This document shows, piece after piece, positions 58,737 through 64,000 of a stretch of 64,000 bases of DNA. Every line of letters begins with the position of its first letter. Positions within the stretch are counted from its first letter, which is position 1. Source of the DNA: Candidatus Nomurabacteria bacterium. GTDB taxonomy: Bacteria > Patescibacteriota > Patescibacteriia > HK-STAS-PATE-3. A program made the translations under genes and the position numbers. The notes below the pieces were generated by a model. The model was not told the origin of the DNA. It saw only the letters and a program-made list of their open reading frames with translations, and did not search any database. The stretch spans positions 672,001-736,000 of the forward strand of contig CP060223.1 in NCBI GenBank assembly GCA_023898465.1, written 5' to 3'.

Positions 58737-59162
58737 TTTGAAATCACTACGCCACTGATCCACTCGCCAGGTCCACTGCAAGTAAGGACCAAAGAGAAAG
58801 TAGCTCAGACGCTCAGTCACCAACCACGGCCCCCAATAGCAGAGCACATGGAGTGGGTGTGCATAGATTGCATAGCGCCGTAGAGTCTTCACGGCCCCCT
58901 CATCAAGCCAAAGCAAGATCCAAAGCGCTATCCAGCAAGGAAGAAAGAGATAGAAACAGCAAACTGTTTTCCACTCTATCAAGCCCTGAGCAACTTCAGC
59001 GAAGCTTTGCTTCTTCCCGGTGAGGAGATCAAGTAGCATTCCAAGCATCACCAACCACATCATCAGCGCGAGACTACCAAGGTACGCCCAAGCAAAGGGC
59101 TGACATCGTCTCATGCGACGTCGCCAGAGCAATGAGCGGATGCTCACCACTTTTCCAGACAT
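58719..59162 (-). CDS. Hypothetical membrane protein (Trp/Cys-rich, 3-4 TM)
   Basis: 147-aa ORF, strongly hydrophobic; no family recognised. Confidence 0.45.
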   Translation of the reverse strand: MSGKVVSIRSLLWRRRMRRCQPFAWAYLGSLALMMWLVMLGMLLDLLTGKKQSFAEVAQGLIEWKTVCCFYLFLPCWIALWILLWLDEGAVKTLRRYAIYAHPLHVLCYWGPWLVTERLSYFLFGPYLQWTWRVDQWRSDFKRRLSA

Positions 59163-59283
59163 CTACCCTCCTTGCTATCGACATCAAATGAAAGAACAAG
59201 CTAGACTCTATTTTTCATTCTCTTGTCGTTATCGTCAATCCCTCTTTTCATTTTTGCCGACTCATGGCTATACTGACCTCGCT

Positions 59284-59730
59284 ATGCCAACACTCGCCGT
59301 CAACAAATCTGTGGGCTTCAGCTTCGAAATTCAAGAGAAATTCGAGGCTGGTATTGCATTGTCTGGCCCAGAGGTAAAGGCGGCCAAGCAAGGCAACATC
59401 AGCTTGAAAGGAAGCTACATCACTATCCGGCCTGATGGCGCTTGGCTCATTGGCTGCTATATCTCCCCTTATAAGCCGGCGCAAGCTACCCAGCAAGGCT
59501 ATACCCCGACCCGAGATCGCCACCTCTTACTCCGTCAGAGCGAACTCAGCCGATTAGTGGGTGCTGCCAGCGCAAAAGGCTTGACAGTACTGCCTATTTC
59601 CTTTTATACTAAAGGAGGCTTGATAAAGGTTGAAGTCGCTATTGCTAAAGGCAAAAAAAAGGCAGACAAGCGGGAAAGCATTAAAAAACGTGATATTGAG
59701 CGGCGCATCCGCCAATCAGTCCATCACTAA
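59284..59730 (+). CDS. smpB: SsrA-binding protein
   Basis: MPTLAVNKSVGFSFEIQEKFEAGIALSGPEVKAAKQGNISLKGSYI… canonical SmpB; the track ORF starts 171 nt too early; TATACT -10-like element 15 nt upstream of ATG. Confidence 0.9.
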   Translation: MPTLAVNKSVGFSFEIQEKFEAGIALSGPEVKAAKQGNISLKGSYITIRPDGAWLIGCYISPYKPAQATQQGYTPTRDRHLLLRQSELSRLVGAASAKGLTVLPISFYTKGGLIKVEVAIAKGKKKADKRESIKKRDIERRIRQSVHH

Positions 59731-59777
59731 ACTTTGAGCCTTCACCCAGTCGACTGGAGCGTGTTTCCAACTGACCG

Positions 59778-60180
59778 GGGGGATGCCCAATAATCGATCG
59801 ATCGTTCACAATCTGTGCAGGCAAGCCGGTCACCCAGGTCTCCCGTAACAGGCCCTGGAAAAAGCAAGTGTCAATTCATTTGCCAGCAAGGTAAAGAACT
59901 CCATTGCTAACGCAATGCAGTCACTCCAACTTGCGCCAGTTGTCGCGTAAAAACCGATAACCATCTATGCTTACGATGTCCTGAGTTGTTCGCATGGGTG
60001 CTACACTTATCAGGATAGGAACCTACCTTGTCTCGGGTTTGTTCCGAACTATTGAGACTAGGAAATAAATGATTTCGTTCGTTTCATACATTTGTTTCTG
60101 AAGCATTAAAGCGAACTAGGCTTGTAGAATGTACACGATTGTACGATGAGACGCGGGCGTGATACCCGCCATCTCCACCA
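59778..60180 (+). ncRNA. ssrA: tmRNA (ssrA), predicted
   Basis: About 400-nt ORF-free gap right after smpB. 5' GGGGAUG pairs with 3' CAUCUCC-A-CCA, giving a 7-bp acceptor stem with G3:U wobble (the Ala identity element) and encoded CCA. T-arm GCGGG-CGUGAUA-CCCGC sits just before it (same stem as E. coli, deviant loop). 5' AUCGAUCGUUCACAAUC is complementary to 3' GAUUGUACGAU (P2). Perfect 8-bp terminator hairpin immediately follows at 60182-60207. Candidate tag frame ends …LAPVVA-UAA. Confidence 0.6.
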
Positions 60181-60181
60181 A

Positions 60182-60207
60182 CCTTCGCTGTATTGAGCGA
60201 AGGTTGT
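60182..60207 (+). terminator. Terminator hairpin after ssrA
   Basis: CCTTCGCT-GTATTG-AGCGAAGG followed by TTGT. Confidence 0.5.
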
Positions 60208-60236
60208 CCGCCGAAGCTTTATGCGAAGGTGGACAA

Positions 60237-60839
60237 ATGAATGTACATCAACAAGTATGCGGTAACGCAGCTTCGGTTGGCACGGCCATCCGAGATATGC
60301 ATTCAAACATTTATTCATTAACCACTCCGGCAATTCAGAAAAGGCTTCGCATCAATCACTTTATTCGGATTCCTGAAGTTCGCTTGATTGACGAACAAAA
60401 TACACAGGTGGGGGTTGTTCCAACTTCAGATGCCTTACGCATGGCAGAAGAACGGGGCCTCGACCTTGTTGAGGTTGCACCACAAGCTCAACCGCCGGTC
60501 TGTCGCCTACTCGACTACGGCGCCTATCAATATCAACAGGAACGCCAAGAACGAAAAGCCAAAGCCAAACAAAAGAAGTCTGAAGTCAAAGGAATTCGCA
60601 TCTCTTTCAAAATCGGTGAACATGATCTGGATGTTCGCCAGAAGCAAGCCCAGAAGTTCCTCGAGCAGGGTCACAAAGTGAAATTAGAAATGCTACTGCG
60701 TGGTCGAGAAAAGGCCATGAAGCATCTCGCTGAAGAAAAGCTCCGTAATTTTGTGAGCACGCTCGGTGAATCCGTCACCATTGATCAAGATATTACCCGC
60801 CAAGGAGGAAAATTTTTCCTCGTAGTCCGTAAAAAATAA
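60237..60839 (+). CDS. infC: Translation initiation factor IF-3
   Basis: …IRIPEVRLIDEQNTQVGVVPTSDALRMAEERGLDLVEVAPQAQPPVCRLLDYG… typical IF3. Start uncertain: ATG 60237 has AAGGTGG SD; ATG 60297 or a non-AUG (ATT) start, as in many infC genes, are alternatives; track ORF starts at 60159. Confidence 0.85.
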   Translation: MNVHQQVCGNAASVGTAIRDMHSNIYSLTTPAIQKRLRINHFIRIPEVRLIDEQNTQVGVVPTSDALRMAEERGLDLVEVAPQAQPPVCRLLDYGAYQYQQERQERKAKAKQKKSEVKGIRISFKIGEHDLDVRQKQAQKFLEQGHKVKLEMLLRGREKAMKHLAEEKLRNFVSTLGESVTIDQDITRQGGKFFLVVRKK

Positions 60840-60841
60840 GT

Positions 60842-61039
60842 ATGCCTAAGCTCAAGACCCACAAAGCAACTGCCAAGCGTTTCACCTTTACGAAAAAAGG
60901 TAAAATCCAACGCCGCAAAACCGGCCAGGATCATTTCAATGCACGAGAATCAAGTCGTACCACCATGCGGAAGCGACGAGACAGCTCAGCAGCTAAAGCC
61001 GACGTACGGAAAATCCGCAACGTCCTACCCTATCACTAA
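60842..61039 (+). CDS. rpmI: 50S ribosomal protein L35
   Basis: MPKLKTHKATAKRFTFTKKGKIQRRKTGQDH…. Confidence 0.92.
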   Translation: MPKLKTHKATAKRFTFTKKGKIQRRKTGQDHFNARESSRTTMRKRRDSSAAKADVRKIRNVLPYH

Positions 61040-61051
61040 TGCACGAAACAC

Positions 61052-61390
61052 ATGCGAGTTAAGCGCGGTACATCACACATCAAACGACGTAAGAATTTAC
61101 TCAGTCGAGCCAAGGGCTTTCGCTGGGGACGTAAAAGTCATCCTAAGCTAGCCCGAACTGCAGTACTGAAAGCTGGTGCTCACGCCTACCGAGATCGACG
61201 CAAGAAAAAGCGTGATTTCCGCAGCCTCTGGAACATCAAGATCAATGCTGCTTCACGAGAACAGGGCGTTACCTACCATGAACTGATTGATAAGCTGAAG
61301 AAGGGTAACATCAACCTCAATCGAAAAGTATTGGCTGAGCTAGCCGAACATGAACCAGCAGTCTTTGCTGAAGTAGTGAAACAGGCCTAA
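61052..61390 (+). CDS. rplT: 50S ribosomal protein L20
   Basis: MRVKRGTSHIKRRKNLLSRAKGFRWGRKS… canonical L20. Confidence 0.92.
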   Translation: MRVKRGTSHIKRRKNLLSRAKGFRWGRKSHPKLARTAVLKAGAHAYRDRRKKKRDFRSLWNIKINAASREQGVTYHELIDKLKKGNINLNRKVLAELAEHEPAVFAEVVKQA

Positions 61391-61403
61391 GACGTTACCT
61401 TAC

Positions 61404-61447
61404 GAAAAAAAAGAAACAGTCCCCTAGCGGGACTGTTTTGCTTTATG
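61404..61447. terminator. Bidirectional terminator between rplT and vanZ
   Basis: AAAAAAAAG-AACAGTCCC-ctagc-GGGACTGTT-TTGCTTT; the vanZ stop codon lies in the loop. Confidence 0.65.
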
Positions 61448-61828
61448 CGCATACCAATGTCGAAGCACATCTGCTCCAATGAATGCACCAATTGCGTCTA
61501 TACCAACGTCGTGCCAAGCCGGCACTCGATCTTGCACAAAACCCTGATGCCACTCATCGCTGGCCGCATAGAGTGCAGCGAGTAAAAAGGCTAAGAATAG
61601 ACGTCGGGGGCTTAAGTGATTTCCCTGCTGGCTAAGCGCTCGATAAAGCAAAGCCGACAAAATGCCAAACTCCGTGGCATGCGCAAACTTACGTAAAATA
61701 AAATCTATGTTACTAGGGAAACTACTTCGCAATCCTGCAATTGAGGAGAGTCCGAAAATGAGGCCCGCCCAAAGAAGTACAGGTATCCATAATGAAACGA
61801 GATGGGCTAGGGAGGAAGACGATTTCAT
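61424..61828 (-). CDS. VanZ-family membrane protein
   Basis: 134 aa, 4 TM, …ASDEWHQGFVQDRVPAWHDVGIDAIGAFIGA… VanZ-like motif. Confidence 0.7.
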   Translation of the reverse strand: MKSSSSLAHLVSLWIPVLLWAGLIFGLSSIAGLRSSFPSNIDFILRKFAHATEFGILSALLYRALSQQGNHLSPRRLFLAFLLAALYAASDEWHQGFVQDRVPAWHDVGIDAIGAFIGADVLRHWYAHKAKQSR

Positions 61829-61829
61829 C

Positions 61830-62570
61830 TTAGAGCGGCGGATTGAAAGAGCTCACGCGTAAAAGCCAGTCCGACAAAACTCCCAACTGACCAATGACCA
61901 TAAGAAATCCTATGAGGAGTAAAAGTGCTCCAGCCACTCGCTGCACATAATACGCTGCTCGTTGGAAACGACGTATCCAATTCGCGAGATGATCAATAGC
62001 CAGGCTCAGTAAGAGGAAAGGTGTCGCAATACCTAGCGCAAACACGAGAAGTAAGAAACCACCTGACCACATACTCTCAGACTGACTGGCTAAGAAGAGA
62101 ATCGTCGCTAACACCGGACCAATACAGGGCGTCCAAGCAAAGCCAAAACTTAGGCCGATTAAAAACGCATTCACGCCATGCGACTTGGTAAAGTACTTAT
62201 GCAAATCAAACTTTGCTTCTCGATAAAGCCAAGGCGCCCGGAAAGCACCAAGGAGAAAAAGTCCAAAGAGGAAGAAGAACACACCGGCAATCTGGGCAAT
62301 AAGATCCCGATGACGTAAAAACATGCTACCGATCGAGCTCGCACCTAAGCCAAGTAAAACAAAGATAAGCACAAACCCAGCTACAAAAAAGAGGCTATGA
62401 CGAAAAACCTGCCAGCGAACTCTGGCTAACTGCTCTGCTGGGGCATTTATTGCCACTCCGCCGAAATAACTTAAGTAGGCCGGGATTAAGGGAAAAACAC
62501 AGGGCGCAAAAAAGGCTACTAGGCCTCCGACAAATGCTGCAACAATATGGACATTGGTTCCGTCAAACAC
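61830..62570 (-). CDS. ccdA: Cytochrome c-type biogenesis / thiol-disulfide transfer membrane protein CcdA (DsbD beta-domain family)
   Basis: FFAPCVFPLIPAYLSY (first Cys motif) and …WTPCIGPVLATIL… (second Cys motif); 6 TM. Confidence 0.85.
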   Translation of the reverse strand: MFDGTNVHIVAAFVGGLVAFFAPCVFPLIPAYLSYFGGVAINAPAEQLARVRWQVFRHSLFFVAGFVLIFVLLGLGASSIGSMFLRHRDLIAQIAGVFFFLFGLFLLGAFRAPWLYREAKFDLHKYFTKSHGVNAFLIGLSFGFAWTPCIGPVLATILFLASQSESMWSGGFLLLVFALGIATPFLLLSLAIDHLANWIRRFQRAAYYVQRVAGALLLLIGFLMVIGQLGVLSDWLLRVSSFNPPL

Positions 62571-62648
62571 CCCAATATCGTACTCGTAGACCGAAAAATG
62601 GTCAATCTAAAAACAACCAGTCTACACTGGCCTGTCTTGTTGTCCATT

Positions 62649-62726
62649 TGGCGGGCCCGACCGGATTCGAACCGGCGATCTTCTCCGTGACAGGGAGACG
62701 TGTTAACCGGGCTACACCACGAGCCC
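62649..62726 (-). tRNA. tRNA-Asp (anticodon GUC)
   Basis: Minus strand: GGGCTCG-TG-GTGT-AGCCCGGTTA-ACAC-G-TCTCC-CTGTCAC-GGAGA-AGATC-GCCGG-TTCGAAT-CCGGT-CGGGCCC-G-CCA; clean cloverleaf, anticodon loop CUGUCAC, encoded CCA; TATACT -10-like element about 40 nt upstream. Confidence 0.9.
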
Positions 62727-62804
62727 ATCAAATAGACAACAAAATCTAGGAAATACGGATGAGAGTATATCAGTAACTTATTAAGCTGTCTAGGGTTTTA
62801 TTAG

Positions 62805-63845
62805 CCTTGAAAACCCCACCCTCCCCGGACCGCCGGAACAACTGACTGCGTCTCAGAAACACATGAGGAGAGAGTTCAATGCGCTTCAAGGAATACAGTC
62901 GGCTCCTGGCGGCCTGGGGAGAGGGTAACGACTAGGCGTTACCCTGTGTGTTGCTAGAGGTAGTGAGGCACGAAGAGAGGGCGTCGGCCGAAGTCAGGCC
63001 CTTTCCCTACGGGCTTAACAACCCGTCGTGTGAAACTCCTTCGATCTGTGTAGGTCGTCGCGATGCAGAGCTTATAACCCCGCTCCTCTGCGACCTGATC
63101 AGGATCGAAGTCAAAAACATCGACAGTGGACTTTGGCATGCAGACCTCCTCGGGTACTCAGCCTCTAGGGTTTGTACAAACTATTCCTCCTCTCACGCCT
63201 CCTCAAAAGAAGAAGTGAGAGGAGGAGAGCAAGTCAGTCGAAACTGCTTGCTCTCCAAAGAAAGATCAACAGTGGTAGGTCTTCGGTCTCTGGCCTCCGA
63301 AAAGGCCGCGGTGCAGACCAGCGTCCGACCTCCTCGTCCTGCGCGGATTCAACCCGTCCTTGGGCGTACATCCGCGAGAAGTGTAGGTCGTCTGTCTCTG
63401 TGCGCCACCTACCCATGGAGCGTAGTTGACGCCGAGGTCGAGCTTCTCCCGAACCGAGAGGCTCGAGAGATCAACAGGACCGATTTGAGGATCGGATTTC
63501 GATTCCGGAGTGAAGTGATCCGTGACCTTCAGCCACGAACCATTCCCTTCTATCCGAACTGACCCTGGACGCGCGTGAATTCTACACATGCCTTCCCCCA
63601 TCTGCTTGCACTGATCCATCAGTGCATGTAAAGGTCCATCTCTACTCCCAACCCCTTCTCACATTCCTGTGAAATGGGATAGGGGTACTTTAGCGGAAGC
63701 GCCTGCTTCTCGCAAGAATCAGCCACCTCCCCTGGACACTCCTCCTCAATGAGGATTGCCCGGGGGAGGCCACGTACACCGATGCATAAGCCTCCGGTGG
63801 ACGTGGCTAAAACAGTGAGTGGTACCAGGACCAAAGCTCAGCGCC
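62805..63845. other. About 1 kb GC-rich, hairpin-dense region without convincing protein-coding signal (candidate large structured ncRNA; unclassified)
   Basis: Numerous perfect or near-perfect GC stems, e.g. GCCACGT-A-CACCG…CGGTG-G-ACGTGGC (63768-63807), GGCCT-ccgaaa-AGGCC (63291-63306), TCACA-ttcc-TGTGA (63658-63671), GAAGC-gcct-GCTTC (63694-63707); a C-UUCG-G tetraloop at 63279-63286; a 12-mer GTGTAGGTCGTC present twice (63047, 63381). The long ORFs on both strands are low-complexity (S/R/G-rich) and mutually overlapping. Confidence 0.35.
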
Positions 63846-64000
63846 CTTGAACAGAGCGAGAACTGCTGCTGGTGCCAGTAAAGAACCAAATGGAAGAGCT
63901 GCCGAGCTGCTCGCCCTGCCGAAGCGGATCAAGCTCAAGCCCAAGATACTACCAGCAGTAGACGCTAGCAGTACGGCAGCCAAGAAAGCAGCTGGACCAA

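Noticed and set aside
62948-63562. 204-aa plus ORF and the overlapping minus ORFs (63266..63619, 63619..63834) in the GC-rich tract
   Set aside because: Low-complexity S/R/G-rich translations, mutually overlapping on both strands, no SD, and the DNA is dominated by perfect hairpins - more consistent with structured RNA than protein.
62805-63845. Possibility that the GC-rich structured tract is an rRNA gene fragment
   Set aside because: None of the universal 16S (GTGCCAGCAGCCGCGGTAA, TGTACACACCGCCCGTC, GGATCACCTCCTT) or 23S (sarcin-ricin AGTACGAGAGGACCGG, GGATGCCTTGGC) motifs is present on either strand.
1-64000. CRISPR arrays, transposases, integrases or phage structural genes
   Set aside because: No regularly spaced direct repeats with unique spacers were seen, and no ORF resembles DDE/IS200-type transposases, tyrosine/serine recombinases or capsid/tail proteins; the repeats found (38851/40301; 47437/47545; the 15-mer at about 7 kb) are only 2-3 copies and irregularly spaced.

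Overview
Dense bacterial chromosomal segment (roughly 50% GC by eye, no formal computation), mostly transcribed on the minus strand and dominated by housekeeping genes.

Housekeeping content:
- partial gyrB at the left edge;
- tRNA and translation genes: pheST, metG, glyQS, a eukaryote-like type-2 ileS, argS, tgt, rsmI, infC-rpmI-rplT, smpB with an adjacent predicted tmRNA (ssrA), and tRNA-Asp(GUC);
- a complete 9-gene V/A-type ATPase operon (G-I-K-E-C-F-A-B-D order);
- recO, rmuC, a UvrD-like helicase fused to a RecB-type nuclease, tatD, cvpA, an AI-2E transporter, an M16 peptidase, a membrane-anchored ClpC-like AAA+ ATPase, ccdA, vanZ, a GT4 glycosyltransferase and an HAD hydrolase.

Accessory and unusual content:
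1. A strongly AT-rich island (about 4.27-7.04 kb) carrying one large RloC/PrrC-like ABC-ATPase with a Rad50-type CxxC zinc hook, a candidate anticodon-nuclease (abortive-infection) defence gene.
2. A GC-rich islet (about 38.85-41.09 kb) with a 3-gene membrane/coiled-coil operon and a secreted protein, each followed by near-identical long-hairpin terminators that show a compensatory base-pair change.
3. A consensus sigma70 promoter, strong SD, a 50-aa ORF and a terminator (49.13-49.42 kb) that the ORF track missed.
4. Tandem GC-rich paralogous unknown genes (52.5-53.7 kb).
5. An about 1 kb GC-rich, hairpin-dense, ORF-poor region next to tRNA-Asp (62.8-63.85 kb) that looks like a large structured RNA rather than a protein gene; I could not match it to rRNA, RNase P or a group II intron.

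No CRISPR array, transposase or integrase was seen. All coordinates include stop codons. Start codons were chosen by homology, SD and overlap logic and are uncertain where noted.
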